Source: Saccostrea echinata
Lineage: Eukaryota
DNA: 64,000 nt
Assembly: GCF_033153115.1 (NCBI RefSeq)
Contig: NW_026889778.1
Span: 1,364,001-1,428,000 of the forward strand
Reading direction: 5' to 3'
Below are positions 47,369-62,859 of the stretch, piece by piece (position 1 is the stretch's first letter; each line of letters begins with the position of its first letter). The translations under genes and the position numbers were made by a program. The notes beneath the pieces were generated by a model that saw nothing but the letters and a program-made list of their open reading frames with translations, was not told where the DNA came from and did not search any database.

Positions 47369-49759
47369 CAGGTAAATGTACATAGTTAATTAGATATATG
47401 TACACATTCATACAACGAAGAGTGTTGATAATTTTCACGTTCACTCCCCTCCCACACACACAGAGAAATAGAAAAATGTACATAGTTAATGTAGGAACAT
47501 GACAAACCCTTCTTAGGATTCTTCACCTGTGTACGAGGCCACTTACGACGGTGAGAAGTTTGTTCAGCTGTTGCTCATCGCCTTCAGCAAGGCATTCTAT
47601 CATATTAATCACAATATGTTATTGGGGAAAAAAGGAAATAACGGCGTACAGCCAGAAGCTTTCTGTCCAACCATCAACAACAAGTGATAATTATCGATAT
47701 GAAAAAATAAGAATAACCATCCGAGTTACAACAAACAGCTGAAAAGTGGTCCAAGAAAAAACCCACTCTACATCAATACTTCAGAAACAATGAACTTGTG
47801 ATTTCATTTGGTAAGAAGCAGGAGATTACTCGTCTGATCATGGAAGGTGAAGAAAAAGAACGAGTAAACGAAACCAAATAACTATAAGTTATCAGCAACG
47901 ACATAACATAGGATGCATGTGTATAATATATTGTAAAGATGACCTTCAAAAGACTTTTTTTACCTTCGCCGAATAAAATATCTAGAATTCATCAGAATTC
48001 CTCGAGGAGAGACGTGAAAATCTGTACTTGTCATTCCTTAAGAAGCTGGAAAATTCCGCAGACCGACTATATCGTCTTTTACCGTCAGTAACGAAATACC
48101 ACAGTGCTTACAAATACCAAATTACAAGACTTACCGTTGTAAGCAATCATTTACAGTATCAGTGGGCAGTATATATATATGCCAGATGAAACGGGATGCT
48201 TGCGATGAAACGGAAACGTTAGCTTGCGCATGTACTAGAATGCTTGACAGAGCACACCAACGACAACTCGCTTTTAGTGCTATGCATCCCCGCCAGCAAC
48301 AGTCTACCGGGACTTTATTCATGCATTCATAAAGACATTTCGCCCTTTGCTATATTACGTGATCAACGTACACTCAAAGTCTAGATGTCTTTAAATGATA
48401 TCAGCTATAATTATAAGTGTATCCATGCTTAAGTTGTCCTCTTGTACACAAGTACTTTGACGAGTAAAAAAAAATATTGCAATCATAGCTATTTTCACTA
48501 TGGTAATAATATAGTAGAAATGTTTATATCCACCAATTAAGACGGGAAATGTCTATGGTACAAGCAACTTATAGAGGATGAAGAATGAGGGGGTCCCTAT
48601 TTCCTGTTAATCTTATAAAGTTCACATTCATTACATATGTGAATTGCATAATTCTGAGGTTAATGATGAAGGCTATATTACAATAAAAGATGCTTAAATG
48701 ATAAGGCCATTCCATTTTTATTGATAATTACAGCTTAATTTAGCAAATCATGATGAAAAAGTACATGTTTCAATGTAAAGGAAACTTACTTTATTATACA
48801 TAAGTTTAATACAACCTAGATTTCTGTTACAAATACATGCATATGGGTCAACGTATTGCGTTTCTTTTTTAAGAACAGTAACATGTTAATTTATTTATTG
48901 CATATTTTAATTTTTTTGGTGTGAATAATCTTATGCTTCTCTTATGTTATATGTTAATTATTTTTTCAAATTTTTGATTAATAAATGTTTGATGTGTACT
49001 GTGATTATGTAATTTCAGCTGTCTTGTTGTCACATAAACACTTACATACTCAGTGACAAATCATTGAAGATAGACAATAGACATAGTTTGATAACTGGAT
49101 TATTAAAATAAAGACACATATTTATTCATGCTTATTTAACGACAATTATACATGTAAATTTTGATGATCATTAAATGGAACTTTAACTGAATGCACTTTG
49201 CCCCGATGTTTTTATTTCATCACAAAAAGAATTTTATTATAAACAAAGTGACTTTTCTGCAGATATTTTCGTTATTTTAGCGAAAAAAATTGGTTCTTGG
49301 AGATTTGAAGAGCGTGTTTGATGGAATGTTGAGTTGTTATCTTTTTTAAAATTTCATTTTGTGCACGGAAAACATGAAGTCGTGGATCATTTCCCATATT
49401 TACCACAAAACACCGAAAAATGAACTCAAAGAGAAATGAATGATTTCTAGAACTGTATCTGAATTCTTTAATATAAGAATTAAATATTTCTCATTTCGTA
49501 TTATAATTGTTGAATAATTTGGACTCGTAAGAAATACAGCATAAAATGGAGCTATAAAAATACAATTAATAGATGTCTTGTGCTAATTTTTAATCTCACT
49601 GAGGTCGGAATTCTTGAATTACACGAAGCTTTTAAGGCTAGTAATGAAAAATGCCCAAAAATAACATTTCCTTTAAAAAATATATACAATCAAGGTAAAG
49701 ATACGAAATATTGGTCACTATGAAATTTTTTTAAACAATTCGAAAAATGTAAACACGAA

Positions 49760-50100
49760 AAAACAAGGACCGTGAAAACATCAGGTGTGGAGATTATGTA
49801 ACTAAGAGGAGTAAATAGCACCCTTAATCGGTAACATTCAGCATGAACATTCTGTATTGATCATATTTTCGGGAGTAATGCATAATCAAAATAAGTTCAT
49901 AAAGTATGGCCTAACAGTTCGTATAAAAAAATTAATTCAAAATACGACCCAGCAATAGGTTGTTTAGCAAATAATGCCATTAAATGGACTATAAAATCTG
50001 CAAAATGCTGATTTTAAACACGTTTGTGAAAGCCCTTAAGCCCTAAAGACATCAACTTATTTGTCAGTAGCAAGCAATTTGTTTTTGAAACGATCATACC
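49760..50100 (-). mobile_element. Very decayed Penelope-like 3' fragment
   Basis: Weak similarity to 27745-28100 (GAGGAGTAA, TGGCCTAACA, ATAGGTTG, TCAACTT.TTTGTCA). Confidence 0.45.
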
Positions 50101-52154
50101 AATATATCTAAAAAACAATTCTGTTTGAAGTCTCTTGTTACTCTCTATACGAGTTTCAAAATAGTCTTTAAAGAATGGGGATGCAAACCTAATGTTACAA
50201 AATCTTTACGTTATTCACCAAACATATTAATATCTTAAAATCTGGAATATATTTTTATATCATTTGAATAGAATATTTTTAAAAAAGGATGATACATTGA
50301 TTCACTTATATCCTTGTGAAAAAGACATATGTACATAAAGCGATGTCAAATTAATATAACTGAGTATGCAAGATATATTAGAAATTCTTTCATAAAAAGT
50401 TTTGTAGGAGTTGATTTTTAAACATTGGACAATACATTATAATGACTCTAATACCAAAACTATTTAAGAAAAACAAAATTGAGTTTCGTTCCTGAGTGAA
50501 GTAGATGGAGAGGATTTAAATCCATCAGGCACCTAGCAGACATGCTATAGATCAGACCATTGAATCTCTCCTAACTTAAGATATGTTGTAAGATTTCTCC
50601 TAAAGTTAAGACATCCTAAGAGGGGTTTTGGATATATGTTATCTAATATTTATACCTTGTAAACTACATGTACTTGTAGAAGCAAAGCTGGAGCTGGATA
50701 GATCCTGAAGGGTCTAATCCGCATGAGACTCCCTCAGTAGCTGTTGTCTCGATAATTCCATAATTTTGTTTAGGAGTGACGTAAGCTAGGGAGGTTTCAG
50801 TCCTCAATCGGTCTTCACGACTCTCTCTTCGATTTTAGAAAATTCTGTTTTACGTTTCACTGACATAGGTTGAACATTATTTCTTTTTAAATTCTTCCAC
50901 AATTCTTTATATCCCGATGACACACAGCGTACACTTTCTCGCAGATCCCCTCCAAATCACTTTAAAAAGAAAAAATATTGGTCACAAGATAAGTATTTGC
51001 TAAAAGTAATACATGTATTTTTCTCAACTTTGTCCAGGAGTATCTGAAGCTCCATTTCGTAGAAGTTGGGATTTCTTTTTCTGCACAAATATATTTTTAT
51101 TTGATTTTCTTTTTGAATATTGCTAAATATGACGTCATTTTCTACTATGACGTCACAATTTAAATACCCTCAGGACGAAAAAAAAAATCCACATGAAAAA
51201 CCGTCTCAACAGAATACTTGAATTCGAAATATCAGGAAAAAGAAGTCTGACAAAACCCACAAATTCGTGCGGGAAGATGGAAAAGGTGGGGGGGGGGAGG
51301 GGGGGTGTTAATTGCTTTCTTGCTCTGACTTTTGCAAAAATGAAGGACCTGACCTTCTCAGCCTCAGAATAAAAATCTTCAAACAGAATTTAGATGAGAT
51401 TTTATTTTTATCTTCTTCGTTTTGCTGTATACTAGATAAATTCATTAAAGGGGTTTCTCAATTGCTTCCTAACTGATATAAAGCAATGACAGCACCATCT
51501 CTATTGAGAAGTTGACAATTTGTAAAATTCTCAGTAGGAAATATAATAACCCATAGTGTACCCCACTAATGACGATACTTTCTTATAAGTATGCAGTGGA
51601 GGTTTGAAGTAATTTTTGAGGAAAAAGAGCTTACATCGGACTTAAATCTATGTCATACTTCGTAAAAGCAGAATTTTATCTACGACAACACTGACACTGA
51701 AAAAGAGATTATTGTGTCTTTATACAGACGAGATCTAGTAATATTTATACATTTTAAACACATTAATAGGTAGTGAAACTTGTATTACAACTCATACCGC
51801 ATCAACAAGTAATTATTTCATCATACACACCACATATAATACTATTTTGAATCTTTGGTAATGTGCTACAATTAAAAAATAAGCAATAGTATCGAGAAAC
51901 GGAAAGACATGTTGTAGGCCTATTGTGTACCCAAGATAGGACGTAATTTTTGTCTGGCAGAGACAAAGATCTTCTTCGTCATCTGCTCTAGATTGCACCA
52001 TTTATTCTTTACCTTGTCTACAGTCCTCCTTTGCATCCCAAGACGTTGACAAAGTCGGTCACCTCCAACCATTATTACTTCTGCGTGAAGTTTGTTAGCA
52101 AGTTGCTCTCCTCAGCCTTCAATATCTCATCATTTTTTTTTCAAAGAAAACATT

Positions 52155-52490
52155 CATCCTAGGCACCTAATCCCACCTCTGGAATTTAAAGGGGTCTGTG
52201 GTTTCTGCCTTGTTTACATATTTGTATTGTTTGTAGGTTTTTGAGATCGATCACTTTTCGTTTGTTTGTTGTTTAACGTCTCTCTCGAGAATTTTCACTC
52301 ATATGGAGACGCCAGCACTTCCCGGTGGAGAGCTACAAATTTTGACCTATACTCGGCACTCAGGGCAATTGATCAGTGACGGGTCTTTTTCGTGCCAGCA
52401 ACTACTGCGACACGGGACATCGGTCCCACAATGAGATTCGAACCCGCGACGTAAGGATCAGATCGCTGTTCGTTATCTACTTATTTCTTC
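52155..52490. mobile_element. Penelope-like 3' end (+) with a deleted SINE-B copy (-) inserted at ~52261-52460
   Basis: CCTAGGCACCTAATCCCACCTCTGG block; SINE tail and B box; degenerate TSD GATC(A/G)CT(T/G)TTCGTT. Confidence 0.78.
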
Positions 52491-52680
52491 ATACATATTA
52501 CAAAATCGCATTAGAAAAGTAAATGGCAAAACATGAACTGTCTATCCTTTCGCTTTTAGTGTACTGGAAGTGATAATAGAATAAGAAATACTAAATAAAA
52601 AATATGATTTGGTTCTCTCTGACAAAGCTGGTATCTTGTCAAACAGCGGATATAATCGAAATAAATTAAAAGTTACAGTT

Positions 52681-55600
52681 TAGTGTGGTCCGATTTATAG
52701 AAAAAAATACTTCTAACGGCAAATAATTATTATTTGGTCCAGCATAGTTTTTTGACCTATTTCGAGTATGCTGAATCCGAAAAAATATGCTGGCCTTCAT
52801 GAAAATGGCGTTAAAAAGGTCAAAATGGCGATTCAAAATGGCGGACATCCAATTTGTCTAATTTTCTCTTAATGTCGTTCAAATAGGAGAAAGAATGTGT
52901 GAATATCTCACTGAGTGTAATGCAACTATAAAATGATAAAAGAATGCTAATGTTATTGCTTTAATGCAGAAAATTTAGTCGTTTCTACACTTAATTCGAA
53001 TTTTCTCTGATATATTTGTCTATTGTTTCTATATTCACCTTTGTTCAGGATTTTACATTTGCAAATATCCATACACTGCAGATTGGTTTTTTTCCTCTGC
53101 ATCTCACTATTCTACAACTGAATGATGGTACAGCTGTAAGTTACAATTTAAATTTCGGAAAAATCTCTGCAATGGCCCATTCATAAGTTTGCAGCAAACA
53201 ACCAAGAACATCCATTCCATTTCATTGGACTTAGTAATGTGAGGTTACCACTACATCTGCCCATCTCTATATCACGTACTGCCTGGCATTGTGCTCGCTT
53301 TACATGCATATAAAAAAGAATGGAAAGCGTAATTCTTACATTATTTTTAATAATAAAATGTTTTTTTCATAATGGGTGGTGGGAGGAGATAGGGTAATTT
53401 GTTTTTTCCCAAGGTATAGTAAAGTTAATAGGAAGAGGAATTTCTCTTGGTGTCCCTTTGTTCGGAGTGTTGCTGATTATATTGATTAGTCCATTCAATG
53501 ATCAAACAAAAAAATAATACTAGAAAAGTTTCTCTTTTTTTTCTGGAAATAGTTAAAACAAACTCGACTTGTTTTCCTCATATTTGACCGTGTTCCAAAG
53601 CTCTGAACCCCTGTCCACCTAAAATCACTGCTGATTCGCTGTCATTATCAACTCGCACTTACTCTTCAACATCCATCAGCACACCATCAAATATAACTGA
53701 AGAAATTCTTGCCCGACTTCATTGAACCCTTTGCACAAGTTTTGACATTAGCACTTGTAAGAGCTTAGTATTTTCCCGCAACATCCTTTATTCCAACTTT
53801 AAATGCTATATGTTCAGTCAGCCTTCGGAATTTCGGTCTTCTCAACAGCTCAAGGAACAATACATTTATGTTCAAATGTTAAAAGACTATTTTGTTTTCC
53901 AAAACCTTATGCAAAATGGAAAAAAAATCTCTGATAAGACAAGTAGCTTTCTCTTTTGTGACCATAGAGATTTGTTATCTTTTTCGGTAGAAAGTTAAAT
54001 CCATTAGCAAGACAATTCTCAAACTTTATCATCTGGAATCACATTGTGTGTATGTTTTGGTGAGAAAAGTTGAATAATTGTGCGATCTAAGAGCACCTGC
54101 AGATTCCTTTTGATTTCTATCACGTACAAGTTATCATATCGATAGGCCGAAGCCATTTTTGACTTTGATCTAGTCAACACTTCTCTTGACAACAAAATTG
54201 TCTTGAAGACTCCAAGAACTTTACAAGGCAACTTGATCCACACTACTTTGTTAGGATAGTGTATGGTTGTATCAAGAATCGAGGGGGGATTAAATACAAA
54301 CATTTTCCTCTCTCCGATTTTGTAAATTTCAAAACATTAGGCACCGAATTCCATCCGAGTATGACAAAAAAAGTGTTTGGATTATCGATTTTGATTTTGA
54401 ACATATACAAATATTCCTTTAAAAAAGGAATTTTGCAGTTGCTTGATTTAAATCTAACAATACAAGATTATCCGTTCACAACATTAAATATTTGTAAATA
54501 CAGTTGATTTGTGTTGGCTATGAATAACAAAATACGCAGAATCAGAGCTAGACAATCAAGAATATATATGGTTTACGTATAGTACACTGGTTTTGATAAT
54601 TCTTAATAAATATGTTGATATATAGTATATTACATTCAAATTTATATGATTTAATAATTCCTAGCTCTCTGATTGGTTGTGGTTCATCATTTTAAAAATC
54701 ATACCCTAAGTTATGTTACACTAGACCTTCCACATGAACATAAACATTTATTTTTTTCTACACTGTATGGACTAAAAGTAGATCGAAAATTTCCAACAAC
54801 TGAGATAATTTAGCAACCCTCGAACTACAATGTTCACTCGCCTATGGGCTCGTGGAATACTGCTCTTGGGGTAGCTTAATTGTCATATTGTCCTCCAAAC
54901 AGCAATCATTGTGTGATATTATTAAATTTTTATATTAAGAAGCATGGTTAGATAGGTAATGGGTAAAAGTTCTTCGTAGATGTAGTCAAAAGCTTATCTT
55001 AATAACAAAAGTAATAAAACAAAGATCAATATCATAAAAATTATGTCATTAACAACAATATCCTCAAAGTTTTATTGAATATTTAAACATTATTTTATTA
55101 ATTTAAAAACGCAAACTGTAATTAATTTCCTTTGATTTTCTGCAAAACGCCTCAGAATTAAGCAGTCTGATTATTTTATGTAATTCTAGCGTTCGCCATT
55201 TTGAGCTAATTAACACAACTTTCAAATTTAAAAGACTAAATTTTCCGAATTAAAGTGATAATATTAGTGTTCTATTATCATTTTTATAATTGCATTACGC
55301 TCAATAAGATATTAACACATCCATTCTCCTATTTGAATGACATTAAGGAATAATTAGAAAAAATGGAAATTTTGAATCGCCATTTTGACTTATAAATTAC
55401 AGCTGCACCATCATTCAGTTGTTGAATAGTGAGATGCAGAGGGGAAAAAACCCAATCTGCAGTGTATGGATATTTGAAAATGTAAAATTCTGAACAAAGC
55501 AGAATATAAAAACGATAGACATATAAATCAGAGAAAATTAAGTGTAGAAACGACTAAATTTTCTGCATTAAAGTAATAATGTTAGCATTCTTTTATCATT

Positions 55601-55862
55601 TTTATACTTGCATTACACTCATTGAGATATTCACACATTCTTTCTCATATTTGAAAGACATTAAGAGAAAATTAGAAAAATTGGATGTCCGCCATTTTGA
55701 ATCGCCATTTTGACCTTTTTAACGCCATTTTCATGAAGGCCAGCATATTTTTTCGGATTCAGCATACTCGAAATAGGTTAAAAAACTATGCTGGACCAAA
55801 TAACAATTATTTGCCGTAAAAACTTATTTCTAGCCTTCTTTTTAAAAATCAGGACCAGACTA
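52681..55862. mobile_element. Academ-like DNA transposon, internally deleted, with ~460-bp TIRs
   Basis: Termini TAGTGTGGTCC..GGACCAGACTA, 3-bp TSD GTT; 52681-53140 mirrors 55397-55862; decayed coding-like interior on the minus strand. Confidence 0.8.
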
Positions 55863-56421
55863 GTTTTACATTGCTTTCATTTTTATTTATTTTGGAGGCT
55901 TATTATATGTCTTGAAATTTACTGCACCTACTGTTGAGTATGTTTTATAGTCTTTAAAAATATGTTCATTTAAAAGGAAAAAAAATAAGCAAGTCAAAAT
56001 GTTTTTTTTTTTCAGCAGGGTTTGCAAATTCCATTAGTATTACCTGTTTTATCAGATTGGGTTATTGCAGCAATAAAAATAAGACCAGTCCTGTTCCCAA
56101 TAGCAGTTCAACCCAATTGAGAATTGAAAGATAACTCATCAATGGTTATCATCAATTATGTCATTATCTGGACAGTAATTCAGTCTCATCTGTCTGGCCG
56201 ATATCTGTGTCTGTGTTGTGACATTTGTGTTGTCGGAGACCTTAATAGTTTTAAATCACAAAAACAATTAAATCTCTTTGTCTAAATGTCCAATGAATTT
56301 TTGAAGAAAAAAAAAAAAATAAACTTTGACAAGTTATTCACAAGAAAAAAAACCACTTGAACAAAAACCTCTTTTACTTTTTTAGTAATGTGAGTAGTAG
56401 CAATGTTTCGCTTAAGCAATG

Positions 56422-56610
56422 CAGGGATGAAGTACTTAAAAAGTAAGTGTAATTGAATGTAAAATTATTTCATTTTTGAAAGTTATTAAAAGTAATTTGT
56501 AAATTACCATTTTTATTCTATCACTTGCAATTGTAATGTAATTAAATGCAAAAGAAAAAAATGTAATTTTTATAACTTTTCAAACACATTTCAATTACGA
56601 AACGTAACAC
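56422..56610. mobile_element. Decayed end of the hAT family seen at 12801
   Basis: CAGGGATG followed by GTAATT-type repeats. Confidence 0.5.
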
Positions 56611-58639
56611 ATATAGAATCATATTTTATTAGGAGAACATTTCCAGCACATTCACATTGTTTAATATTAATAAAATACATTTGAAATTAGTACAAATTTA
56701 ATGTCTATCTAAAATTTTTTACCTCCCTTTTCTGCAGCTTTAAAAAATTTCAATTTTTTAGTTGATTAATTGATAATATTAATGTTTAAATGTAAAAATG
56801 AGATTTTCATAAATGGTTTGCTTATAATAATATTAGTTTAATAATCATAACCTACATTTAGAACTAGTACAAATTTGATGTTTATCTAAAATTTTTACTT
56901 CCCATCTTTATAGCTTTGAAACATTTCATTTTTTAAATAAATAGGAAATAGCGTATGTCAGACCTCTTTTGTCGATAGCCTTTCAAATCACTTTTGTATA
57001 TTGGTATCAAAAGAAAACAACTATTTAAATTTTTTTATGTAATTGCCTAAGACAATGAAAATGCATTCGTGCCTTTAATCTGCCTCTAGCAAAATGACAA
57101 AATAGCACGATGCAACTGCATATTTAGTTCTGGAATCGACTATACAGCGCTTAAATACAAATATAAGGCCGTAGTAATATCTGCATACATTTATGTGAAG
57201 CAGCGAGTGAAAAAATTCGTGAGAGAAAACAAAATACTTTTTCAAGTTTGTATTATTTCACTAATACAGCATTAAATCACCTTATTTTGCTCTATTTTAG
57301 TAATGCATACGACCTACTTGCTCAAAAAGAAGATTGTTGCATTTTTATTATAACCCTTTAAAAATAATTTTAATGAAATGTTGCCATGTGATACAAGTGT
57401 GTTATCTTTGTTAGGGATTTTATCTGCATTCATTTATTTCTGATCAAAAACGTTATATGAGATTTGTAATGAAGTTTTCTTTTTTCTAATATGTTTGTTC
57501 GGCTTATCTGTGTCATTAATTTTCATTTTCACTTTTCAAGACTCTAATGATTTAAAAAGAAATTACATTGGAGGAAAAAACAAACACTTCTGAAAATAAT
57601 TTTTAACATAATTCCGTTTGAATTTTCTTTAGATGCACGGATAATTTCGGAAACACTGCCATAAAGACATAGTATTATTCTGGTACATATAAGTAAAGCA
57701 CCGATCCCCTCCCTCGCCTTTACCACTATGATTTAAAGCACATACATTTGTGACCAGACCAATTTTAAAGCTTATCGGAATAAAACAATCACCTCGAAGC
57801 ATGTCACTACAGGAGTCAGATTTTCAGATCTCTTCTATCTACATGTATAAAGTTACTCTTTTTTTTAATCATTTAAAGCATTTGTCATTTTGAATAATGA
57901 TTTGTAGAAGGGTCAATACTAAGGCACCACAATCTCTTCTTTTCGCATTTCTGAGCTCTGTATTTCTTATTGCACCCTGGTAACAAACGACGACAAGCCA
58001 GTTTAAATGAAACTGAAAATGCTTTACATTTTGATTTCAAGAACAACTACACATGGATTATTCTAAATTGGATTTATAAAATTTTGAAAGGTTCGTATTG
58101 CTATCTTCTGCGTAAATTTGCATAAGAATTCTTGATATTTAACGAAGCATTGCATGTCTTCGTTAACCGAGAATGTCGTCATAAAAAAGTCTTTCAATCC
58201 TTAACAATTAATATTGAATGAACAATGAATGGATTCTTATCGTTTCGCCCAGTGATGTTTGAAAAAAAAGGAATGCCAAAACACAAATCTGTATTTCTAC
58301 TATTGCTGAATCCTAATGCTTTGATAACTGCAACGAAATATAGAAAAGGATAGGGGGAAAAATTCTTCAAACTTACATTTGAACAGAGTTACCATCATTT
58401 AATTCTTAGCACAATGAATGTCACATTAAAATCATGAAAGTATGCCCTTTTATTTGTATCTTCATTATGAATTAATATCAAAATATAAAAAAAGAAAAAA
58501 GTAAGTTTTATGTTTTCAAATCCAAATCCAAAGCATAAAATTCAGTTTTTATCAGAGATATACAAAACAATCATCTCAAAGAAAGTATGTTGCCCATCTA
58601 TGGCAGCTCATTTCCTAGGTTAAAGTTTTTCAAAGGTAA

Positions 58640-59452
58640 AATATGGAAATAGCGAACAGTATTCAAGCTTAAAGTCCATTTAAACAATACAAATCGGAAG
58701 CAGAGCAAACACGGACCTCCAAAAACATCAGAGGTGCGATCAGGTATCATGGAGGAGTGAGCATACCCTGCTGACAGGTCACACTCCCAGTGTGCTCCTT
58801 GTCGTGATCGGGAAAAAACCGGAAAAATCCGTAGACAATTTAGTGTGTAGATAACGGCCTAACAATAAGTATGGAAAACGTCAGTCAGCATTTGACTTAA
58901 TGATAGGTTGTCTTCGCTGACAAGGTCATTGTATCGACCATAAAACTTGCGAAATGATTTCAAACGAGACTGTTGATATTCTTGTTTCATCAACTTGTGT
59001 GTCAATGCCTTGCCTCGTTTTAAAACTTGATCGTATGTAAAGCATTCTATTGCGTATCGAGTCAACTTGGAGACAAAAACCTCATAAGCAAGTGATAAGG
59101 GTATATTGCTACAAAGGTAAGGGAGATTGACGATTGAAAAATCGAAGTCATAACGTTTATCATAAAGCTTTGTTGTTAGGTAACCAATTAAGTCTTTTTC
59201 TAGTCAAATATCCAAATATGAATCAAATTTGTCAGACTCTCTGGTATCTTTTATTTCAAGCTCACATGGATATATCGAGTCGACATATGAATGGAAGTAA
59301 TATTGTTAATCAATAATACGTCGTCGACATATTTGAATGTGGAGTTGAAAGCCACAGCAAGTGTATTCTTCTCATGTAGATGATTTTAAATAAATTCTGA
59401 TTCATATGAATACAAAAATAGGTCAGCTAATAAGGGGGCGCAATTGGTACCA
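58640..59452 (-). mobile_element. Penelope-like retroelement 3' fragment
   Basis: GTNCAP, YVDDV, YDKR, LTHKLMKQEYQQSRLKSFRKFYGRYNDLV plus the 3' block; collinear with 27745-28555. Confidence 0.82.
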
Positions 59453-59732
59453 TTAATATTGAAAAAATAACTAAAAAATTTTTTTTCAATTCATGCAGCA
59501 AGTGTTATTTCAATAGTATTTGCAATATTGCACCCACTTTTGATAGAGAATTTACTATTGAAATAATTGTTTCAATAGCAGGCGTTATTTCCTCAGTCGT
59601 TTTTTTTACGAGTGAAAACTATTGAAATAATATCTACAATGCAATAACGTTTTGACAAAATTCCTTGGAAGTATTGTTTTCATGGTCTTGACGAGAAGAT
59701 TTGGCTCTACTGTTTATATTGGTAGTGTAGGT

Positions 59733-60030
59733 TTGTTTGTTTATTGTTTAACGTCCTTGTCGAGAATTTTTCACTCATATGGAGACGCCACCACTTGCTG
59801 GTGGAGAGCTACAAATTTTGACCTATACTCGGCACTTAGGGCCATTGAGCAGTGAGGGATCTTTTTCGTGCCAGCACCTACTGCGACACAGGACCTCGGT
59901 TTATACAGTCTCATCCGAAGGACCGGTCTCCACGTCCCACAGTGGGATTCGAACCCGCGACGTAAGGATCAACTCCTTACCTCGCGACTCTAGAGCGAAC
60001 GCTCTAACCACTGCGCCACGCGGGCGACGA
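59733..60030 (-). mobile_element. tRNA-SINE subfamily B, full length
   Basis: Reverse complement of 30019-30315; 10-bp TSD TAGTGTAGGT. Confidence 0.92.
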
Positions 60031-62859
60031 TAGTGTAGGTAATCTAAAGCTGTAGACGAAAATATTATATACAGAGACAGGGTGTGGATAGAGGTAAGGT
60101 GGAGAGCATTGAAATTGTTTAAAAAATTCAGTAGTAAAATGGATGCCACCTTCATACTTGTATTTCATTTTTTTCAACTTTGAAAGATAAAAAAATGTTC
60201 ACGTTTCAGACGAAAAACAAGTTTTTGAGAAAAAATAAGACATACATTTTTGATAACAATTTTCAACCAGAAAGTCTGTCTACAAACACTGTTGTTGAGC
60301 TGATATGCGTACCAATAGGTATGTCTATCAAAGGAATGCATATCCAAAGATGGCGGAAAGCTCGAAAATTTCGAAAGTTTACATGGCTAGATATGCTTAT
60401 ATATTCCTTAATGCGTTCGATGAATCAGAATGTTTTGACAATATATTGTCTTTAAACCTAGCGTTACGGAGATTAATCCATAAATGCAAAATAAATGATA
60501 TTTTAATGAAAATCCAGATGATATGCCTCCCTACATAATTAGATACATGTATAGACACCGTGTCATTTTGTAAAATACTGGATATGAATACCATGAAAAC
60601 ATAAATCTCTCTTTCTCCCCAGAAGATGAGAAGCGAAATATATTATCCAATTTAACGAGGAAACAATTTATTGATAAAACATTTTTATGCTCCCATAATC
60701 GAAGATTATATAGTTTTGGGTCTGTCCGTCTGTCTAGTTGTCTCTCAGTTTACCTGTTAATCTCTTTGTCTGTTTTTCCGCAAAAAGGTAACCTTTCCAT
60801 TAATTAAAATCAAAAGAATTAATATGCGAAGGTTTATATGAAAATTAAATGCACATAAACATTTAAGAAGTCTAAATTGTAAATAATCACCAAAGAACAA
60901 ATCAAAATTGATATAAATAAAACTACAAACCATGGGGAAAAAATCTGTGATTTTTCTCCCGTGTAGGTTTAGACTGAACTCAATCAAAGTGCAATTAACG
61001 CTAGTCTTTATATTACCCATGAGAGTGGTGCGAGGCAAACAATTTCAGCAACTTAGGAAAGGATCCAAAACTTTTACTGATAAAGAAATTAAAACTGGAA
61101 ACTTTATTTTCAGAAGACAAGAAGAGGCCTTTCAACATTTCTTCTGTTTTGGGGGAGGGGGGGGGGTGATCTCAATATCGTACGGGATCAATGATAAAAA
61201 TGAATATAAAATAGAATATATAGAATAGAGGGCATTCTGAATTTCAAACAACATACATAATAAAATACAAAACCTCATTCAAATCAGTTATAAACATATA
61301 ATGATTAGTTCCTGATTAAATGAAATGTTGAATAAAATCCCTTTATTAATATAAGGAACAAATAAGAAAGTCTGCATATATACTTAGTATTGCATACACA
61401 TAACATGGCGAAATCAAATTATATATGAAGGTGCTCTATTCACATACATTGACTAATTATAAATTTTTCTACATTTCTTCTAAAAACAGGAAAAGAGGGG
61501 GGTAATTTGACATTTAAAGGTAGGTTATTTACATGTACGCCAGAATATTGAAGAGAACTGTGCAACTGTGAAGCGGCTATGTCTTTTCATGACATTCCAA
61601 CTTTTTAAAGTTTTTGTTCAGATTTGTACAGTTAACACATTTCTTCACAGATCGTCTTCGTCCGATATAGAGTCTCTATCACTCAAATACCACCTGTTCC
61701 ATTTACACACATATGCACGACTCGCATTTGACATATTTCCTGCTTCCTTCGGCATTATTAGACTTTATTCAGGAGTTTTCCCGAGTACAACACAAAACTG
61801 TATCGTTAACTGCTGCTCCGTCACGTTCTACAACGTCATCTTTACGAAAGCCCATTGAGCTCATTTTCGTAGGTTAAAAATATTTTTCGTGTTATAACGC
61901 GAATAAACTCGAAACTTTCGCGTTATAACGCATATATATACATATATAGTCATGTTACTCAGGAACCTGTGATCTTGACTGGCAGATAAAAACATGAACA
62001 CAGACGGGGACTTCTTTGAATTTATAAATGACATTTCTCTTCAGAGGATGTAAAAGAGAATTGATGCAAGAAATGGATAGATTAGTGATGATTTTACATT
62101 TAATCTCAAAACCCTACTAATTAATAAAATGAATATTCCTTTAAAGATTTTCTTGTTTTTCACTTGCTGAATCCAGGAAATTCTTTAGACTGATTTTTTT
62201 TTCAGGAAGATCTCCACTCGTCGCTTTCTTTATCAAGGCTGTTTTTTCATCATTGAAGTTCACTATAACTTTATCACTAGTAAAGAAATCCATAATTTGA
62301 CTATAAAATATACACTTTAGAAATCTGGCTTAAATTTGAGGGAATAATGTATCATTTCATGAGCTTAACGTGCCATGTGATGCTTTTTAAAGAATAATTA
62401 TAACCTGGTACTGTTAATCACAAATTTATCGGGGAGAAGGGATCTACAAAAGATTATTGGGATATAGCTGGAGGTCCGGAGGCGATGTGTCTTTATCATA
62501 CCTTTCTAATTCCTCCGTCCGACCAAGAGTATTAATTGTACACTCAACTGACTTCCGGCCAAATTCAACAACCGGGTTGCACTACCACACGTGAACTTTT
62601 AATTTTAGTGCCAACTTAAATTATCCTTTTTAAAATACATTATGAATGTTACCTGTTAGATTATATCTTTTGAAAAAAAATATCCACAGACTTTCGATTG
62701 ATTTTAATCAAATTATAAGCAGCTGAATGATATCGCTGAGGGGCGATAAGTAAACATACATGTTATAGTTTGAAAGAGGGCAGGGTTTTTTTTCATTGGT
62801 TTTGTAAATTTTTTCAATTACTTTCAGAAGGTTACATACCAAATGATCTATATCAAAAC

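Noticed and set aside
47550-52140. Coding-like decayed stretches (47.6-48.1, 50.6-51.0 and 51.4-52.1 kb)
   Set aside because: No recognisable motif; probably old TE relics but unassignable by eye
60280-60740. Possible Crypton N-terminal fragment and Helentron 5' end
   Set aside because: Similarity too short and weak to support
335-62000. Most 60-140 aa ORFs in the supplied track
   Set aside because: Non-ATG starts, AT-biased low-complexity composition, or antisense shadows of TEs, SINEs and TRIM exons
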